64,000 nt of DNA from the human T2T-CHM13v2.0 reference genome, Homo sapiens: the NCBI RefSeq assembly GCF_009914755.1, contig NC_060932.1; one strand, 5' to 3'. Under the pieces are notes generated by a model that saw nothing but the letters and a program-made list of their open reading frames with translations, was not told where the DNA came from and ran no database searches. The translations under genes and the position numbers were made by a program. Positions 13,424-26,085 of the stretch are shown in pieces (position 1 is the first letter of the stretch; every line of letters starts with the position of its first letter).

Positions 13424-13849
13424 GCTTGATTGCATGGGAGTCCTGCCACAAAGAGCCAGGGATGGGAAGGGAAGACAAGGTGCAGGGCTGCAGGTTCCAT
13501 CTGCCTCTTGCCTCGGGCACCCTAAAATATTAATTGATAACAATAAAAGCTCAAAGTACTGTTTTAATAGAAGACTTAAACCAAAGTCTACACATGTATA
13601 CTAATTTTTAAGTGTCACGTCTGTGCAATGACCAAAATTGTAGGTATTGTTAGCATAATGGCATTTAATTAATCCTCATATTTATGTATTTGTTATAAAA
13701 TCATTCAGGAGTGTGTTACAAAGAATAATTTAATCCAATCATGATAAACTAGATGCAAGCAAGAAAAATATTTTATTGGGGCTTGATTTCATGTATCTTT
13801 TTGACAAGCTTCAAACCAAATTTCTGTCTCAAATTTCTCAAATACTTAC

Positions 13850-13907
13850 ATGTGTTTTCTGTTCCCAGGAAACAGACACCATAATATTTTATTTTACAGT
13901 TTGAAAA
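13850..13907 (-). pseudogene. Candidate relic exon (58 nt) with mutated acceptor (CAA)
   Basis: ttttctgtttttaatttcctcaa|TTTTCA...AACACAT|gtaagt; FSNCKIKYYGVCFLGTENT, in phase with the preceding segment. Confidence 0.4.
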
Positions 13908-14250
13908 TTGAGGAAATTAAAAACAGAAAATACACTAGTTCATGAGCATGGGCACAATACTAACTCACCAGACGAAGAGGGGACTCAATTAGGTGTTGTG
14001 TTCTTTCCAACTCAGCCTCCCATCACTCTCTTTACTTCACATACTTAAAAATTTCCCATCACAAATATAATGACTTCAATAGTCTAGATATAAAGAAAAA
14101 TGACTTTTTTCCTTACTAAAGAGCAGTGTTAGAAACGAGTATTTCAGAGAATGGACAGAACAAATACCTAATAAGAAAACCTTTTCCCATAGTTTCTGTC
14201 TTATCTTAGGGGATTCTGTTAAAGTTTGATTTGGCTGTACAGGTACTCAC

Positions 14251-14279
14251 CAAGATCCCTTTGTTCACATAAAGTTCAT
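14251..14279 (-). pseudogene. Candidate relic exon (29 nt) with mutated acceptor (CAT)
   Basis: tttttattcttgtttatttgtttcat|ATGAACTTTATGTGAACAAAGGGATCTTG|gtgagt; continues the frame as (N)ELYVNKGIL. Confidence 0.55.
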
Positions 14280-14530
14280 ATGAAACAAATAAACAAGAAT
14301 AAAAATCACATAAAAGAAAGTGCACTTAATAATCTTTTTTTTGTTGTTCTGGTGATTTAAGTTGTTACTTTGTTTGAACCATTTCAGGAACCAGGCAAGG
14401 GTAGCAAAGTGGGCTGTGAAACACTTTAACTCAGTGGCCCACACCCATGCAGTGAATTCCCTTCTGGAAGAGGCCAACTCATCACTGCTGCTGCTGAGAC
14501 TCATGTATTCTACACAAAGGTCTGACTTAC

Positions 14531-14558
14531 TCAAAGCATTGACATAGTCTTGAAAATT
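14531..14558 (-). pseudogene. Candidate relic exon (28 nt)
   Basis: catctttcacttttcag|AATTTTCAAGACTATGTCAATGCTTTGA|gtaagt; NFQDYVNAL. Confidence 0.6.
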
Positions 14559-15443
14559 CTGAAAAGTGAAAGATGGTCTATTTGTTTTGTTTTACTGGGG
14601 GCAAAGATCTGCAGAAATAGGATTTGGCCCACAGGTCAGCCTCTACAGAGACTCGAGAATAGAGAAGAGAAAATAAAGAGGGAATGAGGAAACAAACAGT
14701 ATCTACCAAAAAGGTTCAAAAAGGGTTCAAGGGACTATGCTCTACCACCGCCCCCACCCCCCCCCCCCAAAAAAAGAGAGAACGTTCATGAGTTATCTAA
14801 AGAACATCTGGTCGAAATTGACCTGAAAAAATGTAATTTTAGATGAATGTTCTCTCAAGTCTGGAAAGAAACCAAAACCTTATTATAAATATCCTAGTTG
14901 AGGTTCTAGAAAAACAGTGCATGAAACTGCAATTCATGTGCTCTGAGCGCAATTTAATTCTTAGGTTTTTCCTAAATTCATCCCAGGATACAGTAATTGA
15001 TAGTATTCCTGGCGCAGCTTAACCAAGAGCTTCTTGTCTTTTGGCTGAATCTGTCCTATCTGCTGTATGGACCATACCTAGTTTCCTCAGAGCCTCCCAG
15101 TTCCTGCCCCCTTTTGGAGAGGATGGTAATGATATCAGCACTCCCTCTTAATGGGCACTATTTTTAAATAGAAAAATCTGGAAAGACACAAAACAATACA
15201 GAAGTTTTTTTCCAATCAGCCTTTGTGCAGCTGACTTGGCTCCTAACATACCTCCCTCCTCCTAATCAAAATTCTAGATTGGAACTCATCGGCTTTGACA
15301 GGGGCCCAGCACAATACATGCTAGAACCCAACACAGTTCCCCTCAACAGGGCTGGGACCATCTGCAGGCACTTACTTCAGCTGTGTGCCAGGGGAGATGT
15401 TCCCAAACAGAGATATTTTAATCCTCTGGAATTCAGATTTTCT

Positions 15444-16441
15444 TTTTTTTTTTTTTGCCATACCAATAGCTGGTTTTAATTTTTTTAGAGGAAATACTAT
15501 AGTTTAAAAAAAGAGTTCCAAAATATTTAACAGAATTTCCAGCAATTATTATTTCTAAAATGTAAAGATTTGAAACATAATTTATACAAAACTAAAAACC
15601 AGAAGGATTCATTCTTGCTTTTCCTTTTCTTAAAGAAATCCAGACAATTTGTCACAAGAAAGTTCAGCATGTGATAGCAGCTGCAGCCTCAGTCACCCTT
15701 GGAATCGCTGTCCCTCCTCATGGGGACAGAGCTCTGCACTGAAGACAGCAATACACCTTCAATCGGCTTCTTAGGGTTTTCCTCCAAGTCCGTCTTAACT
15801 GCTCTAGATTCAGACAGTTTCCACCCCAACTCATCTCTGGTCAGGTTCATGCCGCCAAACACCAGAGGACCGATCAACTGAGCCTTGATGTCTCCTTCCA
15901 AGTAAACAAATACCATGGGCAGATTCCTATCAGGATAATTGGGTATGCAGGTGGTTGAATTGGCTTTGATAAATTTGACATCAGGAAACTTCCTGGCAAG
16001 TCCACTGAGGTGCTGATTTATCAGGGCACAGAGGGGAATTCCTCGTTTGCAAAGGTGCAAGATGACCCACAAGCCCTCACTGGCTTTGGTAACTTCTTGA
16101 ACATAATACTTCCCTGAAATCTCCAAAACTTCTCCAAATTTATTCTTCAGTTTAATTGCTTTCCCCTCAGCGAGTCTCTGCCATCTGTACATTTCAATAG
16201 CATGTTCATCCTCCTCATTAAACTCGTCTTCATGATCCTCCAGCTCTTCCAAAGTCATATCTTCGTATGTTGTCACCACTGACTGCTGAAGGATGTGCTG
16301 CTCCTCTTCTGCCTTCTCTTCTGATTCTTTTATACTTTCCTTGGTGGGTAAGATGCCCTTCTTGTCTAAGATGTCATTCCACTCAGTGTCTGTGTTGGGG
16401 TCCTGCATCTTGTTTCCAATCGCTCAAGCCAATCGTGCTGG
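15444..16441 (-). pseudogene. PDCL3: Processed retrocopy of PDCL3 (phosducin-like 3 / PhLP2A); ORF 15689-16408 uninterrupted, 239 aa
   Basis: Protein [14 protein letters not shown]...[10 protein letters not shown]...[11 protein letters not shown]...DSDSKGD is recognisable as PDCL3; no introns; poly(A) seen as a T-run at 15444-15456; TSD ggaattcagattttct at 15428-15443 and 16442-16457. The symbol is that of the parent gene; which PDCL3P copy this is was not determined. Confidence 0.96.
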
Positions 16442-18401
16442 GGAATTCAGATTTTCTAAAAACATGTTTACAATTTAAATTTGGCTGACCCTTGCAGATA
16501 TGTGGGCCTAAGTCAATCAAATCTATACCATGATAAAGGCTAAGTTCCTTCTCTTTCTTAATTAAGTATGAAAAGATGCTAGAGGAAGTCTACACTCATT
16601 TCTAACTCTTTCTCTCTGGTAGCCTTAGATCCACCTTTCATGCCAAAACTATATGTCATGGAGGAGCTAACCTGTTTAGAGCATGATCCCAATAGCAGGA
16701 AGTGTATTGAAGAATATCATACTTTGGGCCTCCAAGCTGAGCCCCTCTGTGTATCGAATCAGTTCTCACATCATATGAGAGAGAGACTCCGAAAGTCCAA
16801 AATGAGGAGGAAATGAGGATCTCTGCAAAGTCTCTTACCTTCCACTAATGCTTTGCTTCTGCAAGCAACTGCATTTCTCTGCAGTAGATTTCCCCACCAC
16901 TCCTCTCACTTTTCTGCTGCTTTATTTTATTTCAGTTAATTGCTCTTTCCCTTCAGCGTGTTCCTTTGCCATTGACTTCTGTTTTTTAAGCCAGCAAAAT
17001 ACCTTTCTTTCTTCTTTCCAGCAGCCCTTGGCCTCTTGGGAAGGCTTAGTCATTTCTGCACTACATTCCAAATCAAAATAAAGTGAACAATCTCCAATGC
17101 CTTGGAAAGGGCTCCCTCAGATTTTCATTGAGAATGGCTTTTTCTTTCCTCCCAAGGTCTAAGATCACTGGAAGAAGGACACTCAAGGCGGTGAAAGCTC
17201 CAGAGCTCTGTCCCTCACCTTCATGGTGATGCTTCCCAAAGTGTGCAAGGCAAACCATTGGAATTACTCAAGACAGTTTTAGTGGTGCATAGTTATGGCG
17301 GATTATGGTTGTGTATTTATTTTCATGTGCTTTAGAAAAAAATATAGCTGGCATATCCAATTTCAAAGCTATTCACAGCTATAACTGCTGCTTAGGGCAA
17401 ATGCAAGGTAAAATATAAAGAAGGAGTGGTTTAAAGAAAGACATTAAGTAAAAAATAATATAGATAGAATGTGATATAGTAAAAATCATGGAGATGGGAC
17501 CTGAATGACAAAAGCCTGGGAAATGCTGCTTGATGGAAATGACTTGGACCTAGGAAGAATGGGACATGATGTCAGTTCTGGCTATACTGCCGCCCCCATT
17601 GCAAAGCCCTGAGCTTGGGGTAGATGGTGGGAAAGCAGCTGTTAGCCTATGAATCACCAGGCTAAGATTCACAATTTCACACCAGGGACCAAAAATACTC
17701 AGAAATGTTTCTGAATGGATAAATCAACTTCATATTATGCTACAACCAAGGATAGCATTGCCATTAAATTTACAATTAGAAGCACCCTGATCCAAAATTC
17801 TTTCAGTGTGGAGGCTAAAGCCTACAAAGGTCACATGATTTGGCCCAGTTTCACCCCAGGAAATAGTAGCAGAACTAGAACTTAGACCTCAAACATGATT
17901 CCTTCTAAATCTTTCTACATTTTGCTGCTAGATGTATTTCATATGCCCCAACAGTCTTATCTACTCCTGAATATATCTAGCTAGATTTCACAGACTAGTA
18001 GGAGATAAAATCAGAGAGGTAACTTGGGGTGGGGGAGATTGTGTCAGAACTTGAAGGCCCGTTTGAGGACTTTCAGGAGGTTCAGCCCAAAGGTGGAGCT
18101 GATAGCTGTATCTAGACACTAGAGAATTAGCAGTAAACAAAAGAGACAACAAACTTTTCCATTGTGAAGGTTTACATTTTAATGGAGGAGAAAATCTAGA
18201 ATCTGAAATTGCAAATCACCTATGTCTAAATATCAAATAAGTAATGGCCCACGATAATAGGATCCACACTGGGAAGGGTTTCCATGGGTTATCTGGCCAG
18301 CTGGGCTGTGATGGCCTCTTTCAGCATTTCCCACACTTCTGCTATATCCCAACAACCAAAGGCCCCCAGTCGAACAGCTGCGTTTTTCTTAATCAAAAAA
18401 A

Positions 18402-18686
18402 AATTTTTTTTTCTGAGACAGGGTCTCCCTCTGTTGCCCAGGCTGGAGTGTAGTGGCACAATCATACCTCACTGTAACCTCCAACTCTTGGGCTCAAGTG
18501 ATCCTCCTGAACAGCAAGGACTACAGGTGTGCACCACCACATCCAGCTAATTTTAAAAAATTTTTTTGTAGAGACGAGGTCTTACTATGTTGCCCAGGTT
18601 GGTCTCAAATTCCTGGCCTCAAGTGATCCTCTTGCCTCAGCCTCCCAAAGCACTGGGAATAGAGGTATGAGCCACTGTGCCCAGCG
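18402..18686 (-). mobile_element. AluJ with a small internal deletion
   Basis: gagacagggtctccctctgttgcccaggctggagtg...gagccactgtgcccagc. Confidence 0.93.
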
Positions 18687-18914
18687 TCTTACCCAATTTT
18701 TAACTCCTCTCCTCTTCCTAAGTAGAACAGGAGGGAGGGGTATAAGCGGAAAAAACAAACTGGCCAGAAAGAGAAAGGAGAGGAATCAATGGAAACAATG
18801 ATTCTCCTACAAAGTATTTTAAGTCCTGAGCTATGCAAGACTAAGTATGTTACCTATGTTAATATTTTATTATTACATCATTAAATTGACAACATAACTG
18901 CATAATAATAATGA

Positions 18915-19150
18915 CTAGCCAGTACTGAGAGTTTGCTATGTGCCGGGAAGTAGTCTAGACAGTCTGACCAACTTGATCTCACTTATTCTTTACCACAACA
19001 CTATAACACAAGTACTATTATTTTTCATTTCACAGATGAAGAACTGGATGATCAGAGAGGTAAAGTCATTTGTTCCACATCCCACAGCCAGTAAATGGCA
19101 GAGTCCAGACACAGATGTCAGGATGCTGGACTCCAAAGTCCTGGCTCTTC
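18915..19150 (+). mobile_element. MIR SINE
   Basis: atttcacagatgaagaactggatgatcagagaggtaaagtcatttg core. Confidence 0.75.
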
Positions 19151-21212
19151 ATCCTGTTCCGGGAGCTCCCCTCCTCAACAGGAGGCAACAGCTAGCTCAG
19201 GCTGTCCAGCCAATGCACCATTCACACAGGATTTCCCTCCTTGCAAGTATTCTTCTCAAGAATAGGCCCCCTCACTGACCCTGTCCCTTTCATCACTTCA
19301 TTGTCCTTTTTTCTAACCTCTCTGCTCGGTGCTCCGTGTCCCCTGGTTACTGGGGTAACAGATATCTCGATGGTTTTTGCTAGATTTCCATGACCATTGT
19401 GGTCTGTCTCTCTTTCCTAGCACTTCTCAGCCTTTTAATTCTCTCCTCATTATTGAAGCCAGCATGGAGCAATTTTTCAAAACGTCCAATTAGCAAGTGC
19501 ACAGAAGGAACTGGATCCATAATTAATTAATGATTCTAAGACGCAACAAAGCAAAAGCAAAGCCAAGGACGTGGAAGGCACCAAAAACCGAAACTGCATG
19601 AGGAAGATGTCCACATTCAGGACCCCTCCCTGGGAAGGACAAAGAATTAAACAAGCTGCTCACTGATTCAAATCCCTAAAGAACCTCCACATGTCCTGGA
19701 ATTGAAAAGACATCAATCACTGGATAACAATCCCAAGTGGAACATCTCTCCTCTCCAGGATGAATGGCTGCCTCTGTTGTAGTAGTGAACTGATTCTTTC
19801 TCTATTGTTTTTATGAGAGAAGCTTGGCCTCTCTTTCCTCTCAAAATTGTTCAAATCTTTTAGAGACAGTCTTTCTAGCTAGATGGTCCTAACCTCTGGG
19901 ATTTCTTGCTCTTCCCCAGGCAGAAGTCAAGTTAGAATACCAGGATTTAAGAGGTCAAGCTAGGATGACTGTGGAGAAAGAAAAAGGGAAAATAGTAGAG
20001 GAATGCCCAGATTCTCAGATGTATAGTTGCTATTCTAATTTGGAGAAGAAAGGAGGGCTTGGATGGGAGTCCACCCAGATCAAATTTTCTCAGACATCAA
20101 CTCATTCTCCAACACACAGGGTGAAGCATAAATGACAAGGCAGTGCTAGCACAGTTATTAGTCAAAGTGCTGTCTTTTCATTAGGAGGAAATAGGGATTA
20201 TGTTTGCTTTTGATTATTATGAACACTAGTTGCTGCCTGAAAGACTGGAGACAACAAAACAAATAGCCTGAACAGTATTATAGCAAGTTCCTGCATCTCA
20301 CGGGACATCATGATATACTTGCTGGTAGTGAAAATTAGAAGACTTATATAGACCATGACAGTTGTAGGCATCCTTTACTACTTTTTCTTACCTGAAGCCT
20401 AATTTCCTTTTGGTTCTATATTGAGCCAATGCCAGCTTTCAGGGCTGATCTCTGTACTTAAGGGAGTGTATCTAAACCCACTCTGCCAAGCCACAGACTA
20501 AGCATTTTGCTTAATACCATGGCAATGGATACAAGTAATGTTAGATGAGAAAGAAAATAAAATGTCACCAGGACATTTACAAGACATAGTACTTATTGCT
20601 GCTGCTGCTCAAATAAAATAATAGTAAATACTGTTATGCATGTTGCTAAGCAATGTTGCATTTTCAGTCCTTAATAACTGCATTAGTAACACAAGATGGG
20701 AAAAACTACATTTTGATACCAATGAGACGTTTTGCTTTCTTTGAATAATCAGCCTCAGCAACCGATGACTTCCAGTACAAAGCAAAAGTGGTTATCTTTT
20801 CTCCCCTGGCTAGGATATATATGAGAACTCAGTGGTAAATTTCCTATTGGAAAGACTAAGGGTTCTCTCTGCTAACCCACTCCCCCACAAAGTCTTTAAG
20901 TCTTAAGTAAAAAATAAACGAATTAATAAATAACATTCTTTCCCTGAAATGTCTCCTCTCAGCTATTGTATATGTAGCAAGTGCTAGAAACCTGTGAATT
21001 TTAAACACAGTTAAAGATTTGAAGTAAAACGCATCTACAAATATATATCCTTCTGATTCAAAGATAATACTGATTTAAAGGATCTTATGTGAGGATAATC
21101 AACATTGCAGCAGTCCCAGATTCCGTATTAATAACAACCCTCTGGTTTACAGATACTAGAAGGTTGCTTAGGGTGAGCTGCTAACTAATGACTTCTTGTA
21201 CCTCTCCCCAGG

Positions 21213-21387
21213 TTACCCAGCATTCCCTGACTACCCAGAATTCCCAATTACCCAGCATTCCCCTATTATCCAGCATTCCTAGTTACCCAGCATTCCCTGG
21301 TTCCTAGCATTTCCCCATTTATCCAGCATTCCTGGCTACCCAGCATTCCCCAGTCATTCTGCATTTCTCAGCTACTACCTAAGCATT
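21213..21387. repeat. Degenerate minisatellite, about 10 copies of a 17-19 bp unit (TACCCAGCATTCCYNRN)
   Basis: Units start near 21213, 21232, 21249, 21267, 21284, 21302, 21320 and 21337, then decay. Confidence 0.9.
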
Positions 21388-23035
21388 AGTCAGAGATAGT
21401 CTGCAAGAAAATAACCTTTTCAACAGTATTTTACCAGTGGAATTCTGGAAGCCTTCATCTCCTTACAGGAACAGTATTGCATAAAAGATACTATGTATGC
21501 TATAACATGGACCCTGGAGCCAGACTCCCTAGGAGAAATCCTGACTATACAATTTCCCATTTAAGTGACTTTGGGCAAATGAATGTCTTTTTGCCCCTTT
21601 TTTTCTCACCTGTTACTGCAATGATTAAATAAGTTGATATATATAAAGTACTTAGAGCAGTGCCTCCCTCTGGTTCTGGGGAAGAGCTGTTTGAACACCT
21701 CCCCATCAAAACAAGCAAATACTGCAGTTAGCAAAGGAGTAAAAAAGCTGACTCCAGAATGTACCCTTAGGATCTGTATTTGTATTACGTATTTGTATAA
21801 TGCTTTTATATTTCAGAGGAAGCCACTGATCTAATGAAGCTAGAAAATACTAAATTTTGAACTCCCATAACATCAAACTGTTACTAATTATGGTTCTGGG
21901 CACATGCTGTATGTCCCAGAAATAACAAATGTTCCACGGAAAACTAAGTGGCCAAGGGTGGGAAAAACATATAGTAAATGTCCTCGTTTTTTCTTGGCTG
22001 TTAACATTAATATAATGAAGCATTCAGTGAAAACTATGAACATTCAACTGCAACTTCCTACCACTTCAGAAGACATTCTTGAACCACTGAAAGTGAGAGC
22101 TGTTATGTTCAAACAGCACTGTCATGTAATTTATTAAGAATCTTACATTTTAAACTTTGAAAAATGTTACTCTGTCCCATAGAAATTACATTGGTAGATG
22201 CTAAACTAACTCCATGTGATTCTCATTTTCAGAAACACAATTTCAGACTGTTCAAGAGTTTCAATGTTTCTCCCTGAGCTGCATAATAGAAAGCCATTTG
22301 GGTTTTAAATATAATTTTGTTTTTTACAGGGGTTCCCTTGTACAAGGAACACATTTCTCTCATACAGTCTTGCTATTTAAGAGGCTAATTGTTTTAGATT
22401 TCTTTTAAGCTTCATTTTACTTAAGTGAACTTGAAGAGAATTTTTACATCTAGTGAAAGAAAATTAAATTATTAATCAAGTGATCTTTACTTATAAGGAG
22501 GTCATACCAGCACCAAGAAGCTAACATTATTTTTTTAGACTTTGTATTAAAGAGCATGTATTTTAAAAATAAATCAGACTGATGATCCCATTTATTCTTA
22601 TTTTCTGTTATAAGTAAAGTATGATGATCCCACAGGTGCTAAACAGTGATCAAGATCTAATCCAAGCTACTTTGGAGGCAGAAACTGCTACTGACAGAAC
22701 CTCTGCATGTAATCAATGTGCTGTTATGCGACGGTCAATGCCATGTCCTATGATTACGATGATGAAAAAAAGCAGCCCTAGGTTCTGTCCTCATGGAACT
22801 TAGAGTCTAAGACAGCACCACTTAAAATGTGGTCTACGGATCAGTCTTATCAGACTTCAATAATGCAAATACAGATATTGCAAGTAGTTGTCAATAAACT
22901 TCTACAGGAGCTGGACATTGCCACAGCATCCAAATGTGTAATCAAGTAAACTCATCTCATTGAATGGGGTATAGAATGGTTTGGAGACTGCCAAACTTCC
23001 ACGGTGAGTTTCCTGGGGTAGATTCTAAGTACTGG

Positions 23036-24430
23036 TGTGTCCGGAATTGGTGGGTTCTTGGTCTCACTGACTTCAAGAATAAGGCCGTGGACCCTCATGG
23101 TGTTACAATTCCTAAAGATGGTGTGTCTGGAGTTTGTCCCTTCTGATGTTCAGACGTGTTCAGAGTTTGGTCCTTCTGCTGGGTTCGTGGTCTCACTGAC
23201 TTCAGCAGTGAAGCTGCAGACCTTCGCGGGGAGTATTACAGCTCTTAAGGCCGCCAGTCTGGAGTCGTTCATTTCTCCCAGTGGCTTCGTGGTCTCGCTG
23301 GCCTCAAAAGTGAGGCTGCAGACCTTCACTGTGAGTGTTACAGCTCATAAAGACAGTACAGACCCAAAGAGCAAGCAACAGCAAGAGCTGCAAAAGGGAA
23401 AAACACAAAACCACCACTGTGTGGTGGGACCTCAACGGGTTACAACGGCTAGCTGGGACAGCCTGCTTTTATTCCCTTACCTGGCCCCACCCACATCCTG
23501 TTGATTGGTCCATTTTACAGAGAGCTGATTGGTCTGTTTTACAGAGCACTCATTGGTCCGTTTTGACAGGGTGCTGATTGGTGCATTTACAATCCCTGAG
23601 CTAGACACAAAAGTTTTCCAAGTCCCCACTAGATTAGCTAGACACAGAGCACTGATTGGTGCATTCACAAACCTTGAGCTAGACACAGGCTGCTGACTGG
23701 TGCATTTACAATCCTCCAACTAGACATAAAAGTCCTCCAAGTCCCCACCCAACTCAGGAAACCAGCTGGCTTCCTCTGGTGGATCACCCTGCTAGGGCCG
23801 CAGGGCAGAGCTGCCTGCCAGTCCTGTGCCGTGTGCCTGCACTCCTCAGCCCTTGGGCGGTGGATGGGACTGGGCGCCGTGGAGCAGAGGGCTGCGCTAG
23901 TCTGGGAGGCTGGGGCCTTGCAGGAGCCCATGGTGTGGGGGGGAGGGGGGGCGGTGAGGGAGGCTGGGGCATGGTGGGCTGCAGGTCCCGAGCCCTGCCC
24001 TGCTGGGAGGTAGCTGAGGCCCGGCGAGAATTCGAGAGCAGCGCTGGTGGGCCGGCACTGCTGTGGGACCTGGCGCACCCTCCACAGCTGCTGGCCCTGG
24101 TGCTAAGCCCCTTACTGCCCGGGGCCAGCAGCACTGGCCAGCCGCTCGGAGTGCGGGGCCCACTGAGCCCGAGCCCACGCCCACCCAGAACTCATGCTGG
24201 CCCACGATCGCCAGGTGCAGCAGCCCCGGTTCCCACTGGCGCCTCTCCCTCCACACCTCCCTGCAAGCAGAGGGAGCTGGCTCTGGCCTTGGCCAGCCCG
24301 GAGAGGGGCCCCCACAGCGCAGTGGCGGACTGAAGGGCTCCTGGAGCATGGCCAGAGCGGAGGCCGAGGCCAAGGAGGCGCTGAGAGTGAGTGAGGGCTG
24401 TGAGGGCTGCCAGCACGCTGTCACCTCTCA
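23036..24430 (-). mobile_element. LTR12 (LTR12C/D/E-type, HERV9) solo LTR, 1395 bp
   Basis: Minus strand begins TGAGAGGTGACAGCGTGCTGGCAG and ends CCAATTCCGGACACA; 4-bp TSD ctgg at 23032-23035 and 24431-24434; GC-rich U3 with tandem CCAAT repeats. Confidence 0.96.
23460..23705 (-). promoter_or_regulatory. LTR12 U3 promoter: CCAAT (NF-Y) cluster and AATAAA TATA-like box
   Basis: ATTGG on the + strand near 23504, 23528, 23552, 23577 and 23655; GGAATAAAAGCAGGCTG on the minus strand near 23460-23475; activity not shown by sequence. Confidence 0.7.
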
Positions 24431-25831
24431 CTGGTAGTCACAGACAGGACACCTATTGACTTGTGATGAATTGGAAAGTTTTTCAAAAATTGAATTCTCC
24501 CCCAGATAGTGTGAAAAGCACTAGTCTAGTGCTTCAAAGCATTATACAAAAAAAAGAAAGTTTAATTCCAACTAAGAAAATTTGAGAATGTTTTGTGAAA
24601 TAAATGATTAAGAGTGGATTAGAATTTGAGGGGTAGAAATCACAACATGAGAAGTGCTATGGAGGCAGAAAAGTGCAAAGATGACCCGGGCCACCTCCTT
24701 CATTATGGCTGGAATAAGATATGGGGACAAGGCAAAGGGAGGTAATGGAGATAAATGTGAAAAGATTGATTGAAGCCAGTTACTAGAGGGCCTCGAATGT
24801 CATGAAAAGGACTTAGAACTTTATTTTTGAGATAATCAGAAGTCCTTAATATTTCTGAACAGCATCACGACACAAAAGAAACTCTATTTTACAAATAATA
24901 TTGGCTCATTTGAACTACATGTGACACTTTAAGGCAGGAAGCCTTTAAGTGAGGTAAAAGATAACAGTAAAAAGGAATTTCACTTTCATAAAACCACCTA
25001 ACGAAATATCTATTAAAATAAAAAAATACAAATAAAAAGGAATTTTATTTAAAAATAATCTCTTTAATGGTGTCATATATTACTACATGTCTAAGTACAT
25101 TTTTGCAATTTGAAGTCTTCACTGCACCATAGCACAGTAAAATACCAGTTTAGAAGATCTAATCATGTATGATTGAAGTAATTTTGAAATACCATTTCTT
25201 AGCTTTACAGTGACAGAACACATTCTTCCCATTTTCAGGAACTTTGATTAAACCGCCGATAATATGGGAACATTAACCAGTATACTATTATAATAAATTA
25301 CACTAAAATGTCAAACACCATCACCAAAGGACACAAGAGCAGCACTTTTTTTCTCTCTGTTATTCTCAGCTTCCTATAAAACTAGAATTGATTTCATTAA
25401 ATGTGCCTCATTTATGTCTCATTTAAGTTTGGTGCCAAGGACCAAAAGGCCCTTAATTCTTGCAGCTGACTGAAGTGGAGTCTTTGTGGCATTAAGACTC
25501 TCATAAATGTATCTTCTTAAGAAACAATTAAACCACTAAGTTTTAAACTTTGAGGGTAAAATTTTCTAAGGCTTTAACAAATAAAACAAGGCTCCCAGAA
25601 AAACATATTATCACGTTAGAATTTCACATGCTTGGCTGAGTAAATATCTAATTATTTCATCTTATAATTCTGGTTTCATAATATCATCTTCAATTTGGAT
25701 GTGAGAATTATAGAACTGCAAAGATACCATCCTGTTACAGCTACACATTTAGAATTGCACACATTTGTGATACAACTACAATACAAGGCTAAAACAGAGC
25801 AGTGTGAGTCATTGATTAAGATGCACTAAAG

Positions 25832-26028
25832 CAGGGGTGCTCAACTGAGGGTGATATTTGCCCTTCCCAGGAGACATTTGGCAATGTCTTCAGATGGTTG
25901 TCATGACTGGGGAATATACTACAGGCACCAGGATACTGCAATACATTCTATAGTGTGCAAGACACTCCCTTCCAGAAGAATTATCTGGTTCAAAATGACA
26001 ATAGTGCTATGTTGAAAAAAACATACTG
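25832..26028. mobile_element. MER20 hAT-Charlie DNA transposon
   Basis: caggggtgctcaactgagggtgatatttgccc...gacatttggcaatgtct...aaaatgacaatagtgctatgttgaaaaa. Confidence 0.8.
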
Positions 26029-26085
26029 AAGGATCACGCTAACAACATGTCCATCATTCCTCCCAATTCTAAGATTCTTGGCATA

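Noticed and set aside
20392-20451. Minus-strand donor CAG|gtaaga with an upstream AG
   Set aside because: Stops in all three frames and a poor pyrimidine tract; it does not fit the phase chain.
21213-21387. Short repeat array considered as CRISPR-like
   Set aside because: Units are tandem without unique spacers, the DNA is primate and there are no cas genes; it is a minisatellite.
23037-24437. Cluster of long overlapping ORFs (up to 184 aa) in GC-rich DNA
   Set aside because: They lie entirely within LTR12, where GC-rich sequence has few stops; no recognisable protein.
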